Source: Gordius albopunctatus (Eukaryota). Taken from it: a stretch of DNA of 64,000 bases. The notes beneath the pieces are model-generated. The model worked only from the letters and a program-made list of their open reading frames with translations. It ran no database searches and was not told the origin of the DNA. Every line of letters starts with the position of its first letter. Position 1 is the first letter of the stretch. The stretch is from the NCBI GenBank assembly GCA_964276515.1, contig OZ193909.1, positions 9,300,001-9,364,000 on the forward strand, in the 5' to 3' direction. Made by a program: the position numbers and the translations under genes. Of this stretch, positions 1 to 12,760 are shown in pieces.

Positions 1-3000
1 AAAATATTTAAAATTATTTCCATTAAACCATATTCATCCGATGAAATTTGTTATTTTCAGACGTGATTTTCATGATAAGAAGTAAAAATTTATCAGAATT
101 GTATAACTATCACTTTGAAATCATCATCGCATATAACATGTTTCAAAAATTCAGCACTCTCGTCGCGATGAAACAAACTAATCGCAACAATATAACGTTG
201 TCTTTCCTCAAAATGATAGTTCTCGCAGCTTAAAACTTCTTACAAGGAGTCGATCGAGATTAATAGGAATCTCAAATTAGCTTACTTTTATTTATTTTTT
301 CAAGCTCTTTTACATAAAATAACAAAATATATATTTTAGCTCAAAATATTTAAAATTATTTCCATTAACACATATTCATCCGATGAAAGTTGTTATTTTC
401 AGACGTGTATTCCATGATAAGAAGTAAAAATTTATCACAATTAGATAACTATCACTTTGAAATCATCATCGCATATAGCATGTTTCAAAAACTCAGCACT
501 CTCGTCGCGATGAAACAAACTAATCGCAACAATATAACGTTGTCTTTCCTCAAAATGATAGTTCTCGCAGCTTAAAACTTCTTATAAGGAGTCGATCGAG
601 ATTAATAAGAATCTCAAATTAGCTTACTTTTATTTATTTTTTCAAGCTCTTTTACATAAAATAACAAAAAATATATTATTTAGCTCAAAATATTTAAAAT
701 TATTGCCATTAACACATATTCATCCGATGAAAGTTGTTATTTTCAGACGTCATTTTCATGATAAGAAGTAAAAATTTATCAGAATTAGATAACTATTACT
801 TTGAAATAATCATCGCATATAGCATGTTTCAAAAATTCAGCATTCTCGTCGCGATGAAACAAACTAATCGCAACAATATAACGTTGTCTTTCCTCAAAAT
901 GATAGTTCTCGCAGCTTAAAACTTCTTATAAGGAGTCGATCGAGATTAATAGGAATCTCAAATTAGCTTACTTTTATTTATTTTTTCAAGTTCTTTTACA
1001 TAAAATAACAAAAAATATATTTTTTAGCTCAAAATATTTAAAATTATTGCCATTAAACCATATTCATCCGATGAAAGTTGTTATTTTCAGACGTGATTTC
1101 CATATAAGAAGTAAAAATTTATCAGAATTAGATAACTATCACTTTGAAATCATCATCGCATATAGCATGTTTCAAAAATTCAGCACTCTCGTCGCGATGA
1201 AACAAACTAATCGCAACAATATAACGTTGTCTTTCCTCAAAATGATAGTTCTCGCAGCTTAAAACTTCTTACAAGGAGTCGATCGAGATTAATAGGAATC
1301 TCAAATTAGCTTACTTTTATTTATTTTTTCAAGTTCTTTTACATAAAATAACAAAAGATATATTTTTTAGCTCAAAATATTTAAAATTTTTTCCATTAAA
1401 CCATATTCATCCGATGAAAGTTGTTATTTTCAGACGTGTATTCCATGATAAGAAGTAAAAATTTATCAGAATTGTATAACTATCACTTTGAAATCATCAT
1501 CGCATATAACATGTTTCAAAAATTCAGCACTCTCGTCGCGATGAAACAAACTAATCGCAACAATATAACGTTGTCTTTCCTCAAAATGATAGTTCTCGCA
1601 GCTTAAAACTTCTTATAAGGAGTCGATCGAGATTAATAGGAATCTCAAATTAGCTTACTTTTATTTATTTTTTCAAGCTCTTTTACATAAAATAACAAAA
1701 AATATATTTTTTAGCTCAAAATATTTAAAATTATTGCCATTAAACCATATTCATCCGATGAAAGTTGTTATTTTCAGACGTGATTTCCATATAAGAAGTA
1801 AAAATTTATCAGAATTGTATAACTATCACTTTGAAATCATCATCGCATATAGCATGTTTCAAAAATTCAGCACTCTCGTCGCGATGAAACAAACTAATCG
1901 CAACAATATAACGTCGTCTTTCCTCAAAATGATAGTTCTCGCAGCTTAAAACTTCTTATAAGGAGTCGATCGAGATTATTAGGATTCTCAAATTAGCTTA
2001 CTTTTATATATTTTTTCAAGTGGTTTTACATAAAATAACAAAAAATATATTTTTTAGCTCAAAATATTTCAAATTTTTTCCATTAAACCATATTCATCCG
2101 ATGAAAGTTGTTATTTTCAGACGTGATTTCCATGATAAGAAGTAAAAATTTATCAGAATTATATAACTATCACTTTGAAATCATCATCGCATATAGCATG
2201 TTTCAAAAATTCAGCACTCTCGTCGCGATGAAACAAACTAATCGCAACAATATAACGTTGTCTTTCCTCAAAATGATAGTTCTCGCAGCTTAAAACTTCT
2301 TATAAGGAGTCGATCGAGATTAATAGGAATCTCAAATTAGCTTACTTTTATATATTTTTTTAAGCTCTTTTACGTAAAATAACAAAAGATATATTTTTTA
2401 GCTCAAAATATTTAAAATTATTTCCATTAACACATATTCATCCGATGAAAGTTGTTATTTTCAGACGTGTATTCCATGATAAGAAGTAAAAATTTATCAC
2501 AATTAGATAACTATCACTTTGAAATCATCATCGCATATAGCATGTTTCAAAAACTCAGCACTCTCGTCGCGATGAAACAAACTAATCGCAACAATATAAC
2601 GTTGTCTTTCCTCAAAATGATAGTTCTCGCAGCTTAAAACTTCTTATAAGGAGTCGATCGAGATTAATAAGAATCTCAAATTAGCTTACTTTTATTTATT
2701 TTTTCAAGCTCTTTTACATAAAATAACAAAAAATATATTATTTAGCTCAAAATATTTAAAATTATTGCCATTAACACATATTCATCCGATGAAAGTTGTT
2801 ATTTTCAGACGTGATTTTCATGATAAGAAGTAAAAATTTATCAGAATTAGATAACTATTACTTTGAAATAATCATCGCATATAGACTGTTTCAAAAATTC
2901 AGCATTCTCGTCGCGATGAAACAAACTAATCGCAACAATATAACGTTGTCTTTCCTCAAAATGATAGTTCTCGCAGCTTAAAACTTCTTATAAGGAGTCG

Positions 3001-6000
3001 ATCGAGATTAATAGGAATCTCAAATTAGATTACTTTTATTTATTTTTTCAAGTTCTTTTACATAAAATAACAAAAAATATATTTTTTAGCTGAAAATATT
3101 TAAAATTATTGCCATTAAACCATATTCATCCGATGAAAGTTGTTATTTTCAGACGTGATTTCCATATAAGAAGTAAAAATTTATCAGAATTAGATAACTA
3201 TCACTTTGAAATCATCATCGCATATAGCATGTTTCAAAAATTCAGCACTCACGTCGCGATAAAACAAACTAATCGCAACAATATAACGTTGTCTTTCCTC
3301 AAAATGATAGTTCTCGCAGCTTAAAACTTCTTATAAGGAGTCGATCGAGAATAATAGGATTCTCAAATTAGCTTACTTTTATATATTTTTTCAAGTTCTT
3401 TAACATAAATTAACAAAAAATATATTTTTTAGCTAAAAATATTTCAAATTTTTTCCATTAAACCATATTCATCCGATGAAAGTTGTTATTTTCAGAAGTG
3501 ATTTCCATGATAAGAAGTAAAAATTTATCACAATTAGATAACTATTACTTTGAAATAATCATCGCATATAGCATGTTTCAAAAATTAAGCACTCACGTCG
3601 CGATAAAACAAACTAATCGCAACAATATAACGTCGTCTTTCCTCAAAATGATAGTTCTCGCAGCTTAAAACTTCTTATAAGGAGTCGATCGAGATTATTA
3701 GGATTCTCAAATTAGCTTACTTCTATATATTTTTTCAAGTGGTTTTACATAAAATAACAAAAAATATATTTTTTAGCTCAAAATATTTCAAATTTTTTCC
3801 ATTAAACCATATTCATCCGATGAAAGTTGTTATTTTCAGAAGTGATTTCCATGATAAGAAGTAAAAATTTATCAGAATTAGATAACTATCACTTTGAAAT
3901 CATCATCGCATATAGCATGTTTCAAAAATTCAGCACTCACGTCGCGATAAAACAAACTAATCGCAACAATATAACGTCGTCTTTCCTCAAAATGATAGTT
4001 CTCGCAGCTTAAAACTTCTTATAAGGAGTCGATCGAGATTATTAGGATTCTCAAATTAGCTTACTTTTATATATTTTTTCAAGTGGTTTTACATAAAATA
4101 ACAAAAAATATATTTTTTAGCTCAAAATATTTCAAATTTTTTCCATTAAACCATATTCATCCGATGAAAGTTGTTATTTTCAGACGTGATTTCCATGATA
4201 AGAAGTAAAAATTTATCAGAATTATATAACTATCACTTTGAAATCATCATCGCATATAGCATGTTTCAAAAATTCAGCACTCTCGTCGCGATGAAACAAA
4301 CTAATCGCAACAATATAACGTTGTCTTTCCTCAAAATGATAGTTCTCGCAGCTTAAAACTTCTTATAAGGAGTCGATCGAGATTAATAGGAATCTCAAAT
4401 TAGCTTACTTTTATATATTTTTTTAAGCTCTTTTACGTAAAATAACAAAAGATATATTTTTTAGCTCAAAATATTTAAAATTATTTCCATTAACACATAT
4501 TCATCCGATGAAAGTTGTTATTTTCAGACGTGTATTCCATGATAAGAAGTAAAAATTTATCACAATTAGATAACTATTACTTTGAAATAATCATCGCATA
4601 TAGCATGTTTCAAAAATTCAGCACTCTCGTCGCGATGAAACAAACTAATCGCAACAATATAACGTTGTCTTTCCTCAAAATGATAGTTCTCGCAGCTTAA
4701 AACTTCTTATAAGGAGTCGATCGAGATTAATAGGAATCTCAAATTAGCTTACTTTTATATATTTTTTTAAGCTCTTTTACGTAAAATAACAAAAGATATA
4801 TTTTTTAGCTCAAAATATTTAAAATTATTTCCATTAACACATATTCATCCGATGAAAGTTGTTATTTTCAGACGTGTATTCCATGATAAGAAGTAAAAAT
4901 TTATCACAATTAGATAACTATTACTTTGAAATAATCATCGCATATAGCATGTTTCAAAAATTCAGCACTCTCGTCGCGATGAAACAAACTAATCGCAACA
5001 ATATAACGTTGTCTTTCCTCAAAATGATAGTTCTCGCAGCTTAAAACTTCTTATAAGGAGTCGATCGAGATTAATAGGAATCTCAAATTAGCTTACTTTT
5101 ATTTATTTTTTCAAGCTCTTTTACATAAAATAACAAAATATATATTTTAGCTCAAAATATTTAAAATTATTTCCATTAACACATATTCATCCGATGAAAG
5201 TTGTTATTTTCAGACGTGTATTCCATGATAAGAAGTAAAAATTTATCACAATTAGATAACTATCACTTTGAAATCATCATCGCATATAGCATGTTTCAAA
5301 AATTCAGCATTCTCGTCGCGATGAAACAAACTAATCGCAACAATATAACGTTGTCTTTCCTCAAAATGATAGTTCTCGCAGCTTAAAACTTCTTATAAGG
5401 AGTCGATCGAGATTAATAGGAATCTCAAATTAGCTTACTTTTATTTATTTTTTCAAGTTCTTTTACATAAAATAACAAAAAATATATTTTTTAGCTCAAA
5501 ATATTTAAAATTTTTGCCATTAAACCATATTCATCCGATGAAAGTTGTTATTTTCAGACGTGATTTCCATATAAGAAGTAAAAATTTATCAGAATTAGAT
5601 AACTATCACTTTGAAATCATCATCGCATATAGCATGTTTCAAAAATTCAGCACTCACGTCGCGATAAAACAAACTAATCGCAACAATATAACGTTGTCTT
5701 TCCTCAAAATGATAGTTCTCGCAGCTTAAAACCTCTTATAAGGAGTCGATCGAGAATAATAGGATTCTCAAATTAGCTTACTTTTATATATTTTTTCAAG
5801 TTCTTTAACATAAATTAACAAAAAATATATTTTTTAGCTGAAAATATTTAAAATTATTGCCATTAAACCATATTCATCCGATGAAAGTTGTTATTTTCAG
5901 ACGTGATTTCCATATAAGAAGTAAAAATTTATCAGAATTAGATAACTATCACTTTGAAATCATCATCGCATATAGCATGTTTCAAAAATTCAGCACTCAC

Positions 6001-7260
6001 GTCGCGATAAAACAAACTAATCGCAACAATATAACGTTGTCTTTCCTCAAAATGATAGTTCTCGCAGCTTAAAACTTCTTATAAGGAGTCGATCGAGAAT
6101 AATAGGATTCTCAAATAAGCTTACTTTTATATATTTTTTCAAGCTCTTTTACATAAAATAACAAAAAATATATTATTTAGCTCAAAATATTTAAAATTAT
6201 TGCCATTAACACATATTCATCCGATGAAAGTTGTTATTTTCAGACGTGTATTCCATGATAAGAAGTAAAAATTTATCACAATTAGATAACTATTACTTTG
6301 AAATAATCATCGCATATAGCATGTTTCAAAAATTAAGCACTCACGTCGCGATAAAACAAACTAATCGCAACAATATAACGTCGTCTTTCCTCAAAATGAT
6401 AGTTCTCGCAGCTTAAAACTTCTTATAAGGAGTCGATCGAGATTATTAGGATTCTCAAATTAGCTTACTTCTATATATTTTTTCAAGTGGTTTTACATAA
6501 AATAACAAAAAATATATTTTTTAGCTCAAAATATTTCAAATTTTTTCCATTAAACCATATTCATCCGATGAAAGTTGTTATTTTCAGAAGTGATTTCCAT
6601 GATAAGAAGTAAAAATTTATCAGAATTAGATAACTATCACTTTGAAATCATCATCGCATATAGCATGTTTCAAAAATTCAGCACTCACGTCGCGATAAAA
6701 CAAACTAATCGCAACAATATAACGTCGTCTTTCCTCAAAATGATAGTTCTCGCAGCTTAAAACTTCTTATAAGGAGTCGATCGAGATTATTAGGATTCTC
6801 AAATTAGCTTACTTTTATTTATTTTTTCAAGTTCTTTTACATAAAATAACAAAAGATATATTTTTTAGCTCAAAATATTTAAAATTTTTTCCATTAAACC
6901 ATATTCATCCGATGAAAGTTGTTATTTTCAGACGTGTATTCCATGATAAGAAGTAAAAATTTATCAGAATTGTATAACTATCACTTTGAAATCATCATCG
7001 CATATAACATGTTTCAAAAATTCAGCACTCTCGTCGCGATGAAACAAACTAATCGCAACAATATAACGTTGTCTTTCCTCAAAATGATAGTTCTCGCAGC
7101 TTAAAACTTCTTACAAGGAGTCGATCGAGATTAATAGGAATCTCAAATTAGCTTACTTTTATTTATTTTTTCAAGCTCTTTTACATAAAATAATAAAATA
7201 TATATTTTAGCTCAAAATATTTAAAATTATTTCCATTAACACATATTCATCCGATGAAAG

Positions 7261-10200
7261 TTGTTATTTTCAGACGTGTATTCCATGATAAGAAGTAAAA
7301 ATTTATCACAATTAGATAACTATCACTTTGAAATCATCATCGCATATAGCATGTTTCAAAAACTCAGCACTCTCGTCGCGATGAAACAAACTAATCGCAA
7401 CAATATAACGTTGTCTTTCCTCAAAATGATAGTTCTCGCAGCTTAAAACTTCTTATAAGGAGTCGATCGAGATTAATAAGAATCTCAAATTAGCTTACTT
7501 TTATTTATTTTTTCAAGCTCTTTTACATAAAATAACAAAAAATATATTATTTAGCTCAAAATATTTAAAATTATTGCCATTAACACATATTCATCCGATG
7601 AAAGTTGTTATTTTCAGACGTGATTTTCATGATAAGAAGTAAAAATTTATCAGAATTAGATAACTATTACTTTGAAATAATCATCGCATATAGACTGTTT
7701 CAAAAATTCAGCATTCTCGTCGCGATGAAACAAACTAATCGCAACAATATAACGTTGTCTTTCCTCAAAATGATAGTTCTCGCAGCTTAAAACTTCTTAT
7801 AAGGAGTCGATCGAGATTAATAGGAATCTCAAATTAGATTACTTTTATTTATTTTTTCAAGTTCTTTTACATAAAATAACAAAAAATATATTTTTTAGCT
7901 GAAAATATTTAAAATTATTGCCATTAAACCATATTCATCCGATGAAAGTTGTTATTTTCAGACGTGATTTCCATATAAGAAGTAAAAATTTATCAGAATT
8001 AGATAACTATCACTTTGAAATCATCATCGCATATAGCATGTTTCAAAAATTCAGCACTCACGTCGCGATAAAACAAACTAATCGCAACAATATAACGTTG
8101 TCTTTCCTCAAAATGATAGTTCTCGCAGCTTAAAACTTCTTATAAGGAGTCGATCGAGAATAATAGGATTCTCAAATTAGCTTACTTTTATATATTTTTT
8201 CAAGTTCTTTAACATAAATTAACAAAAAATATATTTTTTAGCTAAAAATATTTCAAATTTTTTCCATTAAACCATATTCATCCGATGAAAGTTGTTATTT
8301 TCAGACTTGATTTCCATATAAGAAGTAAAAATTTATCAGAATTAGATAACTATCACTTTGAAATCATCATCGCATATAGCATGTTTCAAAAATTCAGCAC
8401 TCACGTCGCGATAAAACAAACTAATTGCAACAATATAACGTCGTCTTTCCTCAAAATGATAGTTCTCGCAGCTTAAAACTTCTTATAAGGAGTCGATCGA
8501 GAATAATAGGATTCTCAAATAAGCTTACTTTTATATATTTTTTCAAGCTCTTTTACATAAAATAACAAAAAATATATTATTTAGCTCAAAATATTTAAAA
8601 TTATTGCCATTAACACATATTCATCCGATGAAAGTTGTTATTTTCAGACGTGTATTCCATGATAAGAAGTAAAAATTTATCACAATTAGATAACTATTAC
8701 TTTGAAATAATCATCGCATATAGCATGTTTCAAAAATTAAGCACTCACGTCGCGATAAAACAAACTAATCGCAACAATATAACGTCGTCTTTCCTCAAAA
8801 TGATAGTTCTCGCAGCTTAAAACTTCTTATAAGGAGTCGATCGAGATTATTAGGATTCTCAAATTAGCTTACTTCTATATATTTTTTCAAGTGGTTTTAC
8901 ATAAAATAACAAAAAATATATTTTTTAGCTCAAAATATTTCAAATTTTTTCCATTAAACCATATTCATCCGATGAAAGTTGTTATTTTCAGAAGTGATTT
9001 CCATGATAAGAAGTAAAAATTTATCAGAATTAGATAACTATCACTTTGAAATCATCATCGCATATAGCATGTTTCAAAAATTCAGCACTCACGTCGCGAT
9101 AAAACAAACTAATCGCAACAATATAACGTCGTCTTTCCTCAAAATGATAGTTCTCGCAGCTTAAAACTTCTTATAAGGAGTCGATCGAGATTATTAGGAT
9201 TCTCAAATTAGCTTACTTTTATATATTTTTTCAAGTGGTTTTACATAAAATAACAAAAAATATATTTTTTAGCTCAAAATATTTCAAATTTTTTCCATTA
9301 AACCATATTCATCCGATGAAAGTTGTTATTTTCAGACGTGATTTCCATGATAAGAAGTAAAAATTTATCAGAATTATATAACTATCACTTTGAAATCATC
9401 ATCGCATATAGCATGTTTCAAAAATTCAGCACTCTCGTCGCGATGAAACAAACTAATCGCAACAATATAACGTTGTCTTTCCTCAAAATGATAGTTCTCG
9501 CAGCTTAAAACTTCTTATAAGGAGTCGATCGAGATTAATAGGAATCTCAAATTAGCTTACTTTTATATATTTTTTTAAGCTCTTTTACGTAAAATAACAA
9601 AAGATATATTTTTTAGCTCAAAATATTTAAAATTATTTCCATTAACACATATTCATCCGATGAAAGTTGTTATTTTCAGACGTGTATTCCATGATAAGAA
9701 GTAAAAATTTATCACAATTAGATAACTATTACTTTGAAATAATCATCGCATATAGCATGTTTCAAAAATTCAGCACTCTCGTCGCGATGAAACAAACTAA
9801 TCGCAACAATATAACGTTGTCTTTCCTCAAAATGATAGTTCTCGCAGCTTAAAACTTCTTATAAGGAGTCGATCGAGATTAATAGGAATCTCAAATTAGC
9901 TTACTTTTATATATTTTTTTAAGCTCTTTTACGTAAAATAACAAAAGATATATTTTTTAGCTCAAAATATTTAAAATTATTTCCATTAACACATATTCAT
10001 CCGATGAAAGTTGTTATTTTCAGACGTGTATTCCATGATAAGAAGTAAAAATTTATCACAATTAGATAACTATCACTTTGAAATCATCATCGCATATAGC
10101 ATGTTTCAAAAACTCAGCACTCTCGTCGCGATGAAACAAACTAATCGCAACAATATAACGTTGTCTTTCCTCAAAATGATAGTTCTCGCAGCTTAAAACT

Positions 10201-12760
10201 TCTTATAAGGAGTCGATCGAGATTAATAAGAATCTCAAATTAGCTTACTTTTATTTATTTTTTCAAGCTCTTTTACATAAAATAACAAAAAATATATTAT
10301 TTAGCTCAAAATATTTAAAATTATTGCCATTAACACATATTCATCCGATGAAAGTTGTTATTTTCAGACGTGATTTTCATGATAAGAAGTAAAAATTTAT
10401 CAGAATTAGATAACTATTACTTTGAAATAATCATCGCATATAGACTGTTTCAAAAATTCAGCATTCTCGTCGCGATGAAACAAACTAATCGCAACAATAT
10501 AACGTTGTCTTTCCTCAAAATGATAGTTCTCGCAGCTTAAAACTTCTTATAAGGAGTCGATCGAGATTAATAGGAATCTCAAATTAGATTACTTTTATTT
10601 ATTTTTTCAAGTTCTTTTACATAAAATAACAAAAAATATATTTTTTAGCTGAAAATATTTAAAATTATTGCCATTAAACCATATTCATCCGATGAAAGTT
10701 GTTATTTTCAGACGTGATTTCCATATAAGAAGTAAAAATTTATCAGAATTAGATAACTATCACTTTGAAATCATCATCGCATATAGCATGTTTCAAAAAT
10801 TCAGCACTCACGTCGCGATAAAACAAACTAATCGCAACAATATAACGTTGTCTTTCCTCAAAATGATAGTTCTCGCAGCTTAAAACTTCTTATAAGGAGT
10901 CGATCGAGAATAATAGGATTCTCAAATTAGCTTACTTTTATATATTTTTTCAAGTTCTTTAACATAAATTAACAAAAAATATATTTTTTAGCTAAAAATA
11001 TTTCAAATTTTTTCCATTAAACCATATTCATCCGATGAAAGTTGTTATTTTCAGACTTGATTTCCATATAAGAAGTAAAAATTTATCAGAATTAGATAAC
11101 TATCACTTTGAAATCATCATCGCATATAGCATGTTTCAAAAATTCAGCACTCACGTCGCGATAAAACAAACTAATCGCAACAATATAACGTCGTCTTTCC
11201 TCAAAATGATAGTTCTCGCAGCTTAAAACTTCTTATAAGGAGTCGATCGAGAATAATAGGATTCTCAAATAAGCTTACTTTTATATATTTTTTCAAGCTC
11301 TTTTACATAAAATAACAAAAAATATATTATTTAGCTCAAAATATTTAAAATTATTGCCATTAACACATATTCATCCGATGAAAGTTGTTATTTTCAGACG
11401 TGTATTCCATGATAAGAAGTAAAAATTTATCACAATTAGATAACTATTACTTTGAAATAATCATCGCATATAGCATGTTTCAAAAATTAAGCACTCACGT
11501 CGCGATAAAACAAACTAATCGCAACAATATAACGTCGTCTTTCCTCAAAATGATAGTTCTCGCAGCTTAAAACTTCTTATAAGGAGTCGATCGAGATTAT
11601 TAGGATTCTCAAATTAGCTTACTTCTATATATTTTTTCAAGTGGTTTTACATAAAATAACAAAAAATATATTTTTTAGCTCAAAATATTTCAAATTTTTT
11701 CCATTAAACCATATTCATCCGATGAAAGTTGTTATTTTCAGAAGTGATTTCCATGATAAGAAGTAAAAATTTATCAGAATTAGATAACTATCACTTTGAA
11801 ATCATCATCGCATATAGCATGTTTCAAAAATTCAGCACTCACGTCGCGATAAAACAAACTAATCGCAACAATATAACGTCGTCTTTCCTCAAAATGATAG
11901 TTCTCGCAGCTTAAAACTTCTTATAAGGAGTCGATCGAGATTATTAGGATTCTCAAATTAGCTTACTTTTATATATTTTTTCAAGTGGTTTTACATAAAA
12001 TAACAAAAAATATATTTTTTAGCTCAAAATATTTCAAATTTTTTCCATTAAACCATATTCATCCGATGAAAGTTGTTATTTTCAGACGTGATTTCCATGA
12101 TAAGAAGTAAAAATTTATCAGAATTATATAACTATCACTTTGAAATCATCATCGCATATAGCATGTTTCAAAAATTCAGCACTCTCGTCGCGATGAAACA
12201 AACTAATCGCAACAATATAACGTTGTCTTTCCTCAAAATGATAGTTCTCGCAGCTTAAAACTTCTTATAAGGAGTCGATCGAGATTAATAGGAATCTCAA
12301 ATTAGCTTACTTTTATATATTTTTTTAAGCTCTTTTACGTAAAATAACAAAAGATATATTTTTTAGCTCAAAATATTTAAAATTATTTCCATTAACACAT
12401 ATTCATCCGATGAAAGTTGTTATTTTCAGACGTGTATTCCATGATAAGAAGTAAAAATTTATCACAATTAGATAACTATTACTTTGAAATAATCATCGCA
12501 TATAGCATGTTTCAAAAATTCAGCACTCTCGTCGCGATGAAACAAACTAATCGCAACAATATAACGTTGTCTTTCCTCAAAATGATAGTTCTCGCAGCTT
12601 AAAACTTCTTATAAGGAGTCGATCGAGATTAATAGGAATCTCAAATTAGCTTACTTTTATATATTTTTTTAAGCTCTTTTACGTAAAATAACAAAAGATA
12701 TATTTTTTAGCTCAAAATATTTAAAATTATTTCCATTAACACATATTCATCCGATGAAAG
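7261..12760. repeat. Higher-order repeat: 8-monomer unit of 2750 bp present twice in tandem
   Basis: Monomer variant types recur at a constant offset of 2750: 7261/10011, 7605/10355, 7918/10668, 8285/11035, 8635/11385, 8979/11729, 9323/12073, 9667/12417. Confidence 0.9.

Noticed and set aside
1..344. Spliced-leader RNA or snRNA gene array on the minus strand (GGTTTAAT…TTTTGAG resembles nematode SL1 ends; GTAAG donor-like and AATTTTTGA Sm-like motifs)
   Set aside because: The SL-like stretch is 32 nt and is followed by CT rather than GT. GGTTTAAT is present in only a subset of monomers, and such short motifs are expected in 73% AT DNA. Matching 5' ends of mRNAs would be needed to revive this.
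1..344. 5S rRNA, tRNA or histone gene repeat; internal 172-bp dimer
   Set aside because: No recognisable 5S, tRNA or histone sequence. The two halves of the monomer share only short words (CGATGAAA, ATCGCA), not alignable homology.
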